From: Alphaproteobacteria bacterium
GTDB lineage: Bacteria; Pseudomonadota; Alphaproteobacteria; SP197
Assembly (NCBI GenBank): GCA_965204785.1
Contig: OZ242015.1
Location: 3,244,115 to 3,308,114, forward strand
DNA: 64,000 bases
Reading direction: 5' to 3'
The notes beneath the pieces are model-generated. The model worked only from the letters and a program-made list of their open reading frames with translations. It was not told the DNA's origin and ran no database searches. Both the position numbers and the translations under genes were made by a program. This document shows, in pieces, positions 41,801-51,725 of this stretch (position 1 is the first letter of the stretch; each line of letters begins with the position of its first letter).

Positions 41801-42087
41801 AATTCCAGCACGACATTGGCCCCGCCCTCATAGGCGCTGGCGGTCACCTCCTTCACGCCCTCGATGCCGCGCAGCTCCTGTTCCATGGGACGGATCAGCA
41901 GGCGCTCGGCGTCGCCGGGCGAAATACCCTCGTGGCTCATCGAGACATAGATGATCGGAATGTTGATGTCGGGATCGGATTCCTTGGAAATGTTGATATA
42001 GGCGACCGTGCCGCTGACCAGAATCAGGGCAAGCAAAAGCAGGACCGTGCGCGGCCTGGAGAGTGCTGCCTGAATGATCGCAATCAC
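38875..42087 (-). CDS. RND efflux permease (AcrB family)
   Basis: 1070 aa; GMLVDGAIVVTE, GIVGEFMK, GIVVNNNIVLID, RLRPVLLTT. Confidence 0.96.
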   Translation of the reverse strand: MIAIIQAALSRPRTVLLLLALILVSGTVAYINISKESDPDINIPIIYVSMSHEGISPGDAERLLIRPMEQELRGIEGVKEVTASAYEGGANVVLEFDAGFDPDVAIDDVRAKVDLAKPKLPEETDEPTVNEVNLSLFPVLVVTLSGPVPERTLLRLARDLQDEIEGLAEVLEAPIQGEREELVEIVIDPMLIESYTLDARELIDFVNRSNVLVAAGSLDTGAGRFGVKVPGMLEGASDLLNLPVKIEGDSVTLVRDIADVNRTFKDPESFARVHGDRALAIVVSKRTGENIIETIEKVREVVLKASADWPTDIEVAFSQDQSSNIRQMLNDLQNNVLSAILLVMIVIVWALGWRTAALVGVAIPGSFLAGILVLSSAGLTMNVVVLFSLILAVGMLVDGAIVVTEYADREMAEGAHRRDAYLSAATRIAWPITTSTMTTLVAFLPLMFWPGIVGEFMKFLPITLIATLAASLAMALVFVPTLGSLVGKTTSIDTEKAKALAGYSDADLREIGGFTGKYLKVLQAALRHPAKILAVAVAMLVGVQMAYGVLGKGVEFFPSIEPEQAVFQVHARGNLSIWEQDILIREVESRILDMEVFETIYTRVGGDSGGGSGGGGEEAEDVIGVIRVEFIDWELREPAVEIFEEVRRRTADLAGITIEPRGQQGGPTEGKPIQIQVSAIDLELIEPVIATVREKMDSMSDKLIDIEDSRPLPGIEWEIDVDRVQAAKFGTDISAIGGVVRLVTNGLQLSTMRPDNSKDEIDVRARFPLSDRTLDQLDRLRVETALGLVPVSNFVTRKAAPKVGTIDRVDGKRVMTVKADLAEGVLADAVVQELTQWVAAAGFDPRVEIEFRGENEDQAEAAQFLMKAFGIALVLMAIILVTQFNSFYSAFLILSAVIMSTIGVMIGLLVTGKPFGIVMSGIGVIALAGIVVNNNIVLIDTYDRLRESVSDPMEAILRTGAQRLRPVLLTTITTILGLMPMVLAVNIDFFSRHIQVGGPSTQWWVQLASAIVFGLAFATMLTLIVTPSALMVRENVGRWRRGRKGGEDADRPRRRWLSRLHRERTEPQLS

Positions 42088-43196
42088 GGTACCTGGGAGA
42101 AGGTAGAGCCTTCAACCTCCACCGGTTTCACGGTCTCGCCATGGGTGACGTAATCGTGGCCCACGGTGATCAGCGTAACGGTCCTGGGCAGGCCGGCGAC
42201 CCAGAAGCCACCCACCTCGTCGGCCACCACCTTGACTGGAACGAATTCGACGACGTTATGCTCGCCAACCAGCTTGACGCCCAGCGTGCCGTCGTCACCT
42301 AGGGAAAGCGCGGACGGCGAGATGAAGTGGCTGACAATGGTCTCGAGCGGAATAATGACGTCGGCCGTCAGGCCCGCGGAAATGCTGTGGTCCTGGTTCG
42401 GGACCTCCAGCTCGATCGGGAAGGTGCGCGTTTCGGGCTCGGCGAGTTGCCCGACGAACCGCACCACGCCGTGGGCGGTCTGCCCTGTGACGAGTTCCGC
42501 GCGACCGACATCGCCGGTCTGGATACGACCGATCTCGCGCTCGCTGACCGAGGCAACGACAATGACGGGATTGAGGTCGATGATATGGCCGACCTGATCG
42601 GATTCTCCGAATCCTTCGGTAACAACATCGCCGACTTCGATGTCGAGGTAATTGAGCACGCCGGCAAACGGCGCCTTGAGTTCCGTGCGCGCGATATCGA
42701 GGCGGATGGCCGCGAGTTCCGCGTGCGCATTCTCCAGCTCGGCGCGCGCTTCGGCATTCGCGGTCTGGGCGCGCCAGCCGCTTTCGGCGAGTTCCGAGGA
42801 TGCGTCGAAGGCGACCTGGTACTGCTCGACTAGGGCTTGGGCGCGCGCCAGCCGCTCGGGACGGTCGTCCAGCGCGATACGCGCGATGAACTGGCCCTCC
42901 TCGACAATCTGGCCTTCTTCGACCAGGATTTCACCGATGCGCCCGGACGTCTGCACACGCAGGGAGATCGACCGGTTGGCTTCCGTCCGGCCGGTGACGG
43001 TCAGTTCGAGGGCATAGGCTTCGCTAGTGCTGGTCCTCACGCGGACCTGAGTGGGTTCGCGCTCGACCTGGCCGGATTCGGCCGCTGCCTCATCAATACT
43101 GGCGGTGGCGGGGGTCTCGTCGCCCAGTTGGCCTGACAAAACCCAGACCGTGGCTCCAATCGCCAAGGCAATCGCCAGGATGTGGGACGATTTCAT
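42084..43196 (-). CDS. RND periplasmic adaptor subunit
   Basis: N-terminal TM, VEEGQ biotinyl-like motif, LKAPFAG, TRTFPIE. Confidence 0.92.
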   Translation of the reverse strand: MKSSHILAIALAIGATVWVLSGQLGDETPATASIDEAAAESGQVEREPTQVRVRTSTSEAYALELTVTGRTEANRSISLRVQTSGRIGEILVEEGQIVEEGQFIARIALDDRPERLARAQALVEQYQVAFDASSELAESGWRAQTANAEARAELENAHAELAAIRLDIARTELKAPFAGVLNYLDIEVGDVVTEGFGESDQVGHIIDLNPVIVVASVSEREIGRIQTGDVGRAELVTGQTAHGVVRFVGQLAEPETRTFPIELEVPNQDHSISAGLTADVIIPLETIVSHFISPSALSLGDDGTLGVKLVGEHNVVEFVPVKVVADEVGGFWVAGLPRTVTLITVGHDYVTHGETVKPVEVEGSTFSQVP

Positions 43197-43414
43197 CGAT
43201 CTTCCACCTGTTCCTTGATCGGGGGCCGTCGGCGACAGCACCGCGTTCCATTACCACGCGCCGGATATGGGACCCGGCGCGGGAACGCCCCTGATACGAC
43301 TTTAGATGGTCCGTCGGATCAGCCGATCAAGCCTGAGATACGGTCTGAAACCGCATTCGGTGGGTGCGCATGAGCCGGGCCGCTTGTACCGGCCGGGCCG
43401 CATCACGCATCAGA

Positions 43415-43582
43415 TCAGACGCCGTTCCAGACGCGCTGACGATAGATCGGGCTGTCGACGACCGTGACACGCTCGAGATTGAGGTCGCGCAGCTGACGGG
43501 CCGACAACATGTCGAGTTCGTGACGGGCGACCGCACGATTGCGCATGGACTTGATGCTGTTGAGGAACTTGGACATGGTCAT
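43415..43582 (-). CDS. DUF1127 (YjiS-like) small protein, 55 aa, absent from the ORF track
   Basis: MTMSKFLNSIKSMRNRAVARHELDMLSARQLRDLNLER...; fits R.EL..LS.R.L.D.(G)L.R; GAAGG RBS. Confidence 0.8.
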   Translation of the reverse strand: MTMSKFLNSIKSMRNRAVARHELDMLSARQLRDLNLERVTVVDSPIYRQRVWNGV

Positions 43583-43699
43583 TCACCTTCGCCAATGTAA
43601 GGCGTCGGCGGTCCATTGCGGAGCCGTCGGCGCGTTGTTGATGGAGGAGAAATGCGCCCGGCTCCGCGATTCAACAACGGGATACGACACAGCTCAGGC

Positions 43700-43714
43700 A
43701 TGCAGAAAATGCAT
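43700..43714. promoter_or_regulatory. LysR-type palindrome upstream of the DUF1127 gene
   Basis: ATGC-AGAAAAT-GCAT (ATGC-N7-GCAT). Confidence 0.55.
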
Positions 43715-43774
43715 GGCTAAAAACCATGGATTACCTATGTTTTTTGATGATCAGCCCAGAATCAGCCGTGCGAT

Positions 43775-44653
43775 TCATAAGGTCTTTCCGGTCAGACGCT
43801 CATAGGCCTCGACGTAGCGCCCGCGAGTCTTGATGATGATGTCGTCGGGGAGCTCGGGTCCTGGCGCGGTTTTTTTCCAGTCGGTGAAGGATTCGAGCCA
43901 GTCGCGCACGAACTGCTTATCGAAGCTGGGCGGCGAGATTCCGGGCCGGTACCGGTCGGTCGGCCAGTAGCGCGAGCTGTCGCTGGTGAGGCATTCGTCG
44001 ACCAGGATGAGTTCCCCATCAACTAGCCCCATCTCGAACTTCGTGTCGGCCAGGATGATGCCGCGCTCAGCCGCGTAGTCGGAACCGGCCTGATAAAGGG
44101 CCAGGGTGAGGTCGCGTGCCTTTTTTGCCAGATCCTCGCCCACGGTCGCCGCCATTTCCTCGAATCCGATCGTGACGTCGTGAGTGCCTAGATCGGCCTT
44201 GGTCGAGGGCGTGAAGATCGGCTCGGGAAGTTTCTCGGCCTGCCGCAGGCCTTCCGATAGCTTGATGCCCGAAATCGAGCCTGTGGCCAGATAGTCCTTC
44301 CAGCCGCTGCCCACGACATAACCGCGCGCGATGCATTCGACCGGGAGAACCTCGGCCTTGCGTACGATGACGGCGCGCCCTTTCAGCCAGGAGCGTTCCA
44401 TGGCCTCAAGCTCCAGTCCGGAAAGATCGGTCGTGATCACATGATTGGGCATGATCCCGGCCAGCCGTTCGAACCAGAACAGCGAAAGCCCGTTCAGCAG
44501 CCGCCCCTTGTCGGGGATCGGCGTGGGCATGACGACATCGAAGGCGCTGATGCGGTCGCTGGCGACCATCAGCAGACGTTCGCCAAGGTCATAGACGTCA
44601 CGAACCTTGCCGCGCACGGCAAGGGGCAGGTGCTGAAGTGTATGGTCGGCCAT
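43775..44653 (-). CDS. purC: SAICAR synthase
   Basis: RGKVRDVY, SDRISAFD, ECIARGY, FTPSTKA, ADTKFE, DSSRYW, SFDKQFVRDWL. Confidence 0.96.
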   Translation of the reverse strand: MADHTLQHLPLAVRGKVRDVYDLGERLLMVASDRISAFDVVMPTPIPDKGRLLNGLSLFWFERLAGIMPNHVITTDLSGLELEAMERSWLKGRAVIVRKAEVLPVECIARGYVVGSGWKDYLATGSISGIKLSEGLRQAEKLPEPIFTPSTKADLGTHDVTIGFEEMAATVGEDLAKKARDLTLALYQAGSDYAAERGIILADTKFEMGLVDGELILVDECLTSDSSRYWPTDRYRPGISPPSFDKQFVRDWLESFTDWKKTAPGPELPDDIIIKTRGRYVEAYERLTGKTL

Positions 44654-44730
44654 GGAACTCCCGAACCCGACGGATAGGAAGCCGCGGAACATATCAGGCA
44701 TCGCAGAAGGACGCATGTGTGAGTTTGTCT

Positions 44731-45116
44731 TGTAGCCTCAGGCGCTAGCGCTGCGCTGTTTTTGTCGCTGCGCTCTGTTTTTGTCTGTTCCCTCAAGCGC
44801 CGGGTGCGTACTCCGTGTGCTTGGCTTATGCGTCATGCGGCGCGGGGCCGCAGTCGCATCCCTTTGGCCCATAAAGGACCCTCCGCTTACTCGCCCTCCC
44901 AACAGAGTGTGATGCCGGACAAGGGAGCCTTGCGACCGAGATCCGGGATCTCGTCATGACGCGTCACAAAAACAACGTGCGGACCGAGATCCTGGCTCTT
45001 CGGCCGGGATGACAAACTTGAGGTGGTTGTGACAGGCGCTCCGCACCCCTGTTCATGATGACGTTCGGCGGCGAGAGCGGAGCGAACGCCCAGCGACTGA
45101 GGGAACAAACAAAAAA
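44731..45116. repeat. Mosaic repeat (arm - GTCATCCCGG-type palindrome - arm), copy 1
   Basis: Reverse complement aligns with 46480-46816; TGAGGGAACA points outward in both arms. Confidence 0.88.
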
Positions 45117-45141
45117 GGCGGACCTGTCAGGGTCCGCCTTT
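45114..45141. terminator. Terminator-like hairpin
   Basis: AAAGGCGGACC-TGTCAG-GGTCCGCCTTT with an A-run on the left (U-tail on the minus strand). Confidence 0.6.
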
Positions 45142-45608
45142 CAGCACACTTTCTTCTCGCCGTCCGATATCACGAGCGGCGGAAGAGCTCGTTGTAGATG
45201 GGGCCGCCGTCCAGCCGGACGTCATCGGTTTCGGGCAGGCCTATATCGGCACGCAGGCGAGCATCCAGACGCAAGACTTCGCGACGGGTCACCGACTTGC
45301 GCCGCCAAGTGCGGTAGTCGTTCAGCATATCACGCAGCATGGGGAGGCTCCTTCTTCGCTACGTCGTCAAGTAGGGTGTCGGAGGTGCCGCGGCATTGGG
45401 CGTTGAAGCGCGAAGCTCTCAGCGGGGACATCCAGCGCCGTCTTCGGGGAGGAGACGATGGCGCCTCCGACCAGACCTATATGGAACCCCGACCGGGATT
45501 CGACAATTGAGATCGGCACGCAGGTGGCCTGCACCGAACGCATGGCTTGCACGGGCCAGAACTTCGCGGCACTGTCAGGATCACCAACCTGCCCTGTGGA
45601 GCCGTGCG

Positions 45609-46328
45609 ATGACCCGCATTCTGACCCTAGAATTCTGGCCGACCTGTCATCTGGGCGAAATCGCCAAGACCTTCGAGGTACGCGGTGCCGAGGTGCACTA
45701 TCGCCGCATCGAGGAAGGTGACGCCATGCCCGGCAGTCACGAAAGCTGGGACGGATTGGTCATGCTGGGCGGTCCGCAATACGCCGAGGACGATGCCGGT
45801 TACCCCTATCTCGCCGGCGCCGCCGCGCTGGCGCGCAACTTTCACGATGCCGGCAAGCCGGTGCTGGGCGTGTGCCTGGGGAGCCAGATTCTGGCCCGCG
45901 CGTTAGATGCGCGCGTGCGCAAGCAGGGCTGGACGGAACTTGGCTTCACCGAGCTCTCGCCTACGCCCGCGGCCAAGGACGACCCCCTGCTCGCGGGCAT
46001 CGCGCCGACCCGGCTGGTGCAGTTCCACGAGGACACCTTCGACATTCCAGACGGCGCCGCGCACCTTATGACCAGCGAGGGCTGCGCCAACCAAGCCTAC
46101 CGTCTGGGAGCGAGCTACGGTTTCCAGTGCCATTTCGAATGCACCACCGATCTCTGGAAAGAGTGGCTCACCAACATGAGCGACCACCTGCTGGAACTCG
46201 ATCCCGACTACCACGCCAACTGGCCCAAGGACTTCGCCCGGCACGAAGACGATTCCCGCGCTTTCTGCGCCACCTTCTCCTCACGCTGGCTGGACCTCGT
46301 CGAATCGAAACTCGCCCAGGCGGCGTAG
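45609..46328 (+). CDS. Type 1 glutamine amidotransferase (GMP synthase-like)
   Basis: LVMLGGP, LGVCLGSQ (catalytic Cys), QFHEDTF, FQCHFE. Confidence 0.92.
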   Translation: MTRILTLEFWPTCHLGEIAKTFEVRGAEVHYRRIEEGDAMPGSHESWDGLVMLGGPQYAEDDAGYPYLAGAAALARNFHDAGKPVLGVCLGSQILARALDARVRKQGWTELGFTELSPTPAAKDDPLLAGIAPTRLVQFHEDTFDIPDGAAHLMTSEGCANQAYRLGASYGFQCHFECTTDLWKEWLTNMSDHLLELDPDYHANWPKDFARHEDDSRAFCATFSSRWLDLVESKLAQAA

Positions 46329-46331
46329 TTA

Positions 46332-46380
46332 TTTGGCCTCAGTCGCCGGCACTCGCTGAATTTAGCCCCGACCTGATCGG
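46332..46380 (-). repeat. CTGAGG-family repeat variant
   Basis: GCCTCAGTCGCCGGCACTCGCTGAATTTAGCCCCGACCTGATCGG is nearly identical to 52368-52412. Confidence 0.75.
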
Positions 46381-46479
46381 AGCCTCGTTTGGCTTCCGCG
46401 CCGCTGTTCAAATCGCACGCCCTTGGACGGGCGTGAATCTGAACAGCACTTTATAGGTTGGGTCGGTGCGGTTGCACCG

Positions 46480-46816
46480 GTCTGCGTCCGCTGCGCTCTC
46501 GCCGCCGAGCGGCATCATGAACAGGAGCGCAGGGCACCTGTTACAACCACCTCATGTGTGTCATCCCGGCCTTAAGCCGGGATCTCGTTCCGCACGTTTT
46601 TTCAGAAACGCGTCATGACGAGATTCCAGATCGCGGTCGCTCCGCTCCCTTGTCCGGGATGACACCCTGTTGGGATGGCTCGTAGGGGGAAGCCCTTGAT
46701 GGGCCAACAGGGACGTGACTGCGTCCCCGCCGCGATGCGGCGTGAGCCAAGCGTGCGGAGCACGCTCCGACGTCTGAGGGAACAAATATAAACGGCAGAG
46801 CGCGCCTGAGGCTATA
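46480..46816. repeat. Mosaic repeat copy 2, inverted relative to copy 1
   Basis: GTCATCCCGG at 46560, CCGGGATGAC at 46654, arm ending CTGAGGGAACAAA...GCGCCTGAGGCTA. Confidence 0.88.
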
Positions 46817-46824
46817 AAAACCAA

Positions 46825-47454
46825 CTAGTCGGGCCGGATCATGTCCACGTGGTCGACGTTGAAGAGCTCGTTGTCGAGATCGACGTCGAAGGCGACATCG
46901 ACCAGTGTGATGCGGGTGACGTAGCCTTGGGCGTCGCGCACGAACCACTGGCGTAGGCGCATGGGGTCTTCCTCGAAAGCCAGGGTGAGCAGGCCGGTGC
47001 CGGGCTGCTCCGAGGGTTCCAGGGTGACCATCAGCATGCCCTTGCTGCGGCTGACGTCGAGGATGTTGGTCGCCTCGTCGAGATCGATGTTCTTGTGCAG
47101 CAGCACGCTGGCGGGCGTCGCGGACACCGGGCCCTCGTAGAACTGGCCCATCTCGGCGTCCCAGAACATGTACTTCTGGCCGCGCGCGACCAGCAGCGTA
47201 GGCGGGTCGTCATAGGCGAAACGCGCGAGACTGGGCCGTTTGAGTTGAAACTCGCCCGTCATCACCGTGCCGTCCTGGTTGAGCTGCACGAATCGCGAAT
47301 CGAACGTGGTGATGCCATTGAGATAGGCCTCCACGTCGGCCAGCACCTGGTCCTGGTCGTCGACGTAGGCGCGCGCCGCGTGGGGCATGAGCGCGAGCGA
47401 GGCCGCGGATACGGCAGAGGCGGCAAAGGCACGGCGGGAGAGTTTCATGTTCAT
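46825..47454 (-). CDS. lolA: Outer-membrane lipoprotein carrier LolA family
   Basis: SRRAF leader, YLNGITT..RFVQ, KRP..RFAYD, TPASVLL, LRQWFVRDAQG. Confidence 0.85.
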   Translation of the reverse strand: MNMKLSRRAFAASAVSAASLALMPHAARAYVDDQDQVLADVEAYLNGITTFDSRFVQLNQDGTVMTGEFQLKRPSLARFAYDDPPTLLVARGQKYMFWDAEMGQFYEGPVSATPASVLLHKNIDLDEATNILDVSRSKGMLMVTLEPSEQPGTGLLTLAFEEDPMRLRQWFVRDAQGYVTRITLVDVAFDVDLDNELFNVDHVDMIRPD

Positions 47455-47608
47455 GAACCTTGCAACAACGATCCTATCATATGGTTCCTGCGTGTGGCGA
47501 AACAGGGGCAGGGCAAAGCGGCGCTCGGAATTTCGGGCCAACGTGACAAGCGGCATCCATCGCGTATCATCCTCCCCGTCGTTTCAGAGCAGCAGAGTTG
47601 AGCCCGCC

Positions 47609-48658
47609 ATGACCCAGTCCATCTTCGGCCTTTTCGCCCTCATGCAGCAGCGCCATGCAGAATGCGGCAACCTTTCGGTGTTTCGCGATTTCGACGACCA
47701 GGTCGCACTCTATGAGGATCTGGGCTTCGAGACGGCGTGGTTCGGCGAACATCGTTTTTCCGGCTACAGCCTATGTGCTTCGCCGCTGATGGCCGCAACC
47801 TATTTCGCCGGGCACACGCAGCACATCAAGCTGGGCACCGGGGTCATCGTGCCGCCGCTTTACGATCCCATCCGCGTGATGGAGGAGATCTCCATGGTCG
47901 ATCTGATGTCGAACGGCCACCTGCTGGCGGGCTTCGGCGGCGGCTATCAGCCTTTCGAGTTCGAGCGCTTCCGTCTCGACCTCGACGATTCCGCGGCGAT
48001 GTTCATGGAGGGACTCGACAGCATCAAGGCGCGCCTCATCAAGGATAGAGTCAGTCTACGACGGCAGCCACTACAAAATTCCCGCCATGCGCGTCGCCGC
48101 CAAGCCGACGCAGAAGCCGTTGCCGCCGTTTTACGTCGCGGGTATCCGTCAAGCGCCGCGTGACGAAGCAGGGCTGGACGTCGTTCCTCACCAACTCGAT
48201 CAACGTTTATGACAGCTTTGCCCAAGTGCGCGCCGATTACGACGCACTTTACCTCAAGCACGGCGAGGACCCTGTCGGCAAGTCGCCGGCACTCATGACC
48301 TGTTTCCACTGCACGGAAGACCGCGATCTGGCGCTTGATGCCGCCGAACGCGCGCGTTACTCCAGCCGCGCCTCGCTCTCGCTCCGCCTCGACTACGGCG
48401 AATTCAGCGAAGGCCCCTACATGAAGGGCCTTGCCCATGCCCAAGGACCGCACAATTGAGGAAGTCGCGGCCAACACCCTGATCGGCCACCCCGACGAGA
48501 TCGCCGAAAAGATCGCGCATGCCGTCGAGGTCCTGCGCCCGACCCACATCGCCTTCCACAACCAGCCCGGCGACCTGCCCCAGAACCGCGTAATGGCCTC
48601 GCTCGAACTCTTCGGCAAGAAGGTCATGCCCCAACTGGAGCAGGCGCTGGCGGCGTGA
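47609..48658 (+). pseudogene. LLM-class (luciferase-like) flavin monooxygenase
   Basis: LGFETAWFGEHRF, IKLGTGV, GGGYQPFEF, IGHPDEIAEKI, SLELFGKKVMP over several frames. Confidence 0.9.
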
Positions 48659-49193
48659 CGAAGCCTTTTACGTCCGTCCCCGTGATTGACATCGCGCCGT
48701 TCTTCTTTGAGGACGCGGCGGCAAAACGTGCGGTGGCCGACGGGGTCTCGCGGGCCCGCGAGACCATCGGCTTTCTTTACATCGACGGCCACGGCTTCGA
48801 TCCCGCGCTCATCATTGGCACGCACAGCGACTACGAATGTTTCGCAATTCTCTGGCAGGACGGATCGGGCGGTCTGCAGATCCAGAATCAGGCCGGCGAT
48901 TGGATCGACGCGCCGCCGGTTCCGTGCACGTTTGTCATCAACATCGGTGGCATGCTGGCCCACTGGTCGAATGACCGCTTTGCCAGCACCGAACACCGCG
49001 TCGTCTATGGCGCAATGACAACCGCCTCTCCATAGCATTCTTCACCAATTGCGACTATTCAACGCCAGTCGCCCGCCTGCCGACCTGCACCGGGCTCGGC
49101 AATCCGCCGAAATACGCTCCAACCACGGTCGACGAACACCTGATCGCCTCGGTCAAACGCTCCTACAGCGATGTCGATGCCTACAAGAACTGA
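48655..49193 (+). pseudogene. Isopenicillin-N-synthase-family 2OG-Fe(II) oxygenase, central deletion
   Basis: VPVIDIAP..IGFLYIDGHG joined directly to HSDYE..ILWQD..GGLQ, WSNDRFASTEHRV. Confidence 0.88.
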
Positions 49194-49281
49194 ACGGTGA
49201 TGAGCCGGGCTGGTCAGGTCATGGTTTCCCCGGCATGCGATCCGCACTACGCTCGCGCCCGACAAAACACGGGGATGGTTG

Positions 49282-51300
49282 ATGCGGGTTGGAGTCGAGG
49301 TTGGCGGGACGTTTACCGATCTGGTGGCGATCGATGACAAGGGCGCGATCGCGATCGCCAAGGTACCGTCCGTGCCCAGCGCGCCCGACGAGGGTGCGTT
49401 CAATGCGCTCGGCGCTTCGGGCGTTTCCATCGCCGAGATCAAGGATCTGGCCCACGGTTCGACCATCGCGACCAACGCGGTGCTCGAGAGGAAGGGTGCC
49501 AAGGTCGCTTTCGTCACGACCAAGGGCTTCCGCGACATTCTGGCGATGCAGCGCCACAGCCGCGGCCGCGTCTATGACCTGACCTACCAGAAACCAGAAC
49601 CGGTGATCGCCCGGCGCGACAGCTTCGAGGTCGGCGAACGCCTGCTGGCCGACGGCAGCGTGCTCGATGCGCTGGACGCCGCGGCGGTGGAACGCGACCT
49701 GATCCCGCTACTGAAGGAAGGCGACTACGAAGCGGTTGCCATCTGCCTGCTCAACGCCTACGCCAACCCCGCCCACGAAGAGGAGCTGGCCGGCATCATC
49801 GCGCGCCACTGCCAGGGCATGCAGGTCGCCTGTTCCTCCACCGTCACGCGCGAGTTCCGCGAATACGAACGCGCCTCGACGACGACGGTCTCGGCCTATG
49901 TCCAGCCCGTCATCAACCGCTATCTCGAGAAGTTCGAGGACCGTCTGACCGGGAGCGGCTTCACCGGACGTTTCTCGGTCATGCAGTCGAACGGCGGACG
50001 CCTGCCGGCCGAAGGCATGCGGCGCAACGCCATTACCGCGCTTCTGTCGGGTCCCGCCGCGGGCGTCATGGGCGCGGTGCGCCAGGCTGTGCGCTCGGGC
50101 CACCACAACCTCGTCGCCTTCGACATGGGCGGCACGTCGACCGACGTGTGCCTAGTGACCGACGGCAAGCCGGAACTCACGTCCGAATTTGCGCTCGACG
50201 GCCTGCCCATCCGCACGCCTATCATCGACATCAACACGGTGGGTGCTGGCGGCGGCTCGATCATCTGGATCGACGACGGCGGCATGCTGCGCGTCGGTCC
50301 CCAGAGTGCCGGCGCGGATCCAGGCCCGGCCTGCTACGGGCGCGGCGGCAGCGAACCAACTGTGACCGATGCGCATGTCATCCGCCGCACCCTGCGGCCG
50401 GACGCCTTCCTGGGCGGGCGTATGGAGATCGACGTGGAAGCCTCCAAATCCGCCTTCGCGCCTCTGGCCGATCGGCTTGCCATGAGCCTGGAGGAGATCG
50501 CGGATGCCGCGGTCTGCGTGGCCGACGCCAACATCGTGCGCGCCATGCAGATCATCTCGACCGAACGCGGCAAGGACCCGCGCGACTACGCCATGGTCGC
50601 CTTCGGCGGTGCCGGCCCGCTGCACGCCGCGCGCGTCGCCGAGGACCTGCGCATCGGCACCATCATCGTGCCGCCCAACGCCGGCGTGCTCTCGGCCTAC
50701 GGCCTGCTGGCCGCCGACTACCAGCAGTTCGATTCGACGACGCGCAAGATGCGCCTCGACGACGACACACCCGGCACCGTGCGCGAGGTCTTCGAGGAAA
50801 TGAAGAAGCGTGCCGTCGAGCGCTTCGTCCTGATGGGCTTGGGCAACGATCCCAAGCTCACCTTCCTGGCCGACATGCGGTTTGTCGGCCAAGCGTTCGA
50901 GGTCGCCGTGGAACTCGACGCCGAAGGACTGGAAAAGCTCACGTCCGAAGGCCTACGCCGCCTCTTCGCCGAGGAGCACCACCGTGTCTTCATGCACGGC
51001 GGGGACGCCGCCAACCCCATTGAGACCGTCGCCTTCCGTCTGGGCGTTGCCGCACCGCTGGAACACATCCCGGCGCTCAAAAAAGACAGCGGCGAGGAAG
51101 CCGGACCCGTCATCCCCTGGACCATGTACGAACACGGCGAGCAGCACGACGGCACTAGCGGCCACCGCGCCTCACTCAAACAGGGCGAGACCCTCTCAGG
51201 TCCCGTCCTCTTGGAAGACTCGACCTCCACCATCGCCATCCCCACAGGCTGGGCCGCCACTACCGACGAACACCACAACCTCATCCTGCGGCGGGGTTAA
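49282..51300 (+). CDS. Hydantoinase A / oxoprolinase ATP-binding subunit
   Basis: EVGGTFTD, HGSTIATNA, SGPAAG, DMGGTSTD, GAGGGS, FGGAGPLH. Confidence 0.95.
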   Translation: MRVGVEVGGTFTDLVAIDDKGAIAIAKVPSVPSAPDEGAFNALGASGVSIAEIKDLAHGSTIATNAVLERKGAKVAFVTTKGFRDILAMQRHSRGRVYDLTYQKPEPVIARRDSFEVGERLLADGSVLDALDAAAVERDLIPLLKEGDYEAVAICLLNAYANPAHEEELAGIIARHCQGMQVACSSTVTREFREYERASTTTVSAYVQPVINRYLEKFEDRLTGSGFTGRFSVMQSNGGRLPAEGMRRNAITALLSGPAAGVMGAVRQAVRSGHHNLVAFDMGGTSTDVCLVTDGKPELTSEFALDGLPIRTPIIDINTVGAGGGSIIWIDDGGMLRVGPQSAGADPGPACYGRGGSEPTVTDAHVIRRTLRPDAFLGGRMEIDVEASKSAFAPLADRLAMSLEEIADAAVCVADANIVRAMQIISTERGKDPRDYAMVAFGGAGPLHAARVAEDLRIGTIIVPPNAGVLSAYGLLAADYQQFDSTTRKMRLDDDTPGTVREVFEEMKKRAVERFVLMGLGNDPKLTFLADMRFVGQAFEVAVELDAEGLEKLTSEGLRRLFAEEHHRVFMHGGDAANPIETVAFRLGVAAPLEHIPALKKDSGEEAGPVIPWTMYEHGEQHDGTSGHRASLKQGETLSGPVLLEDSTSTIAIPTGWAATTDEHHNLILRRG

Positions 51301-51312
51301 GCAACCGACAAG

Positions 51313-51722
51313 ATGGCAATAAAGTTTCACCCGTGGCCAGGAACCATCGTCCTCTGCGATTATTCAACGAGTTTTCGACCACCATAAATGGTTAAGGAAC
51401 GTCCAGTCGTGATCTTGTCACCAAGATTTCGGAACCGACAGGCTCTGTGCACCGTTGTACCGCTCAGTTCAAAGGAACCATTACGTCATTGAGCCATGTC
51501 ATCACGTTGTCCGCCTGGAAAAGCGCCTGCCTCGTCCTTGGTGCCCACCTTATCTATTGGCTCAAGGAAAATATTGTGGCGATTGTTTCCTTTGAACGAT
51601 TACATCTGATCGGTGCTGGAAGAGACCCCGATACCAAACGGCGACGCTATATTAAAGAGAAGGTTTCAGACGAGGATTTTGCTCAGATTCAGGCCTGTGT
51701 TCGCCAGGCGCTTGGCCTGTAA
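51313..51722 (+). pseudogene. YifN-like PemK/MazF-family endoribonuclease toxin
   Basis: MAIKFHPWPGTIVLCDY..FRPP*MVKERPVVILSPR..LCTVVPLS; TAA at 51385 replaces the Glu of PPEM; frameshifts; C-terminus VSFERL...ALGL*; AT-rich. Confidence 0.82.
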
Positions 51723-51725
51723 GAA

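Noticed and set aside
44731-46816. Possible CRISPR array
   Set aside because: Repeats are long, inverted and dispersed; no regular repeat-spacer periodicity and no cas genes
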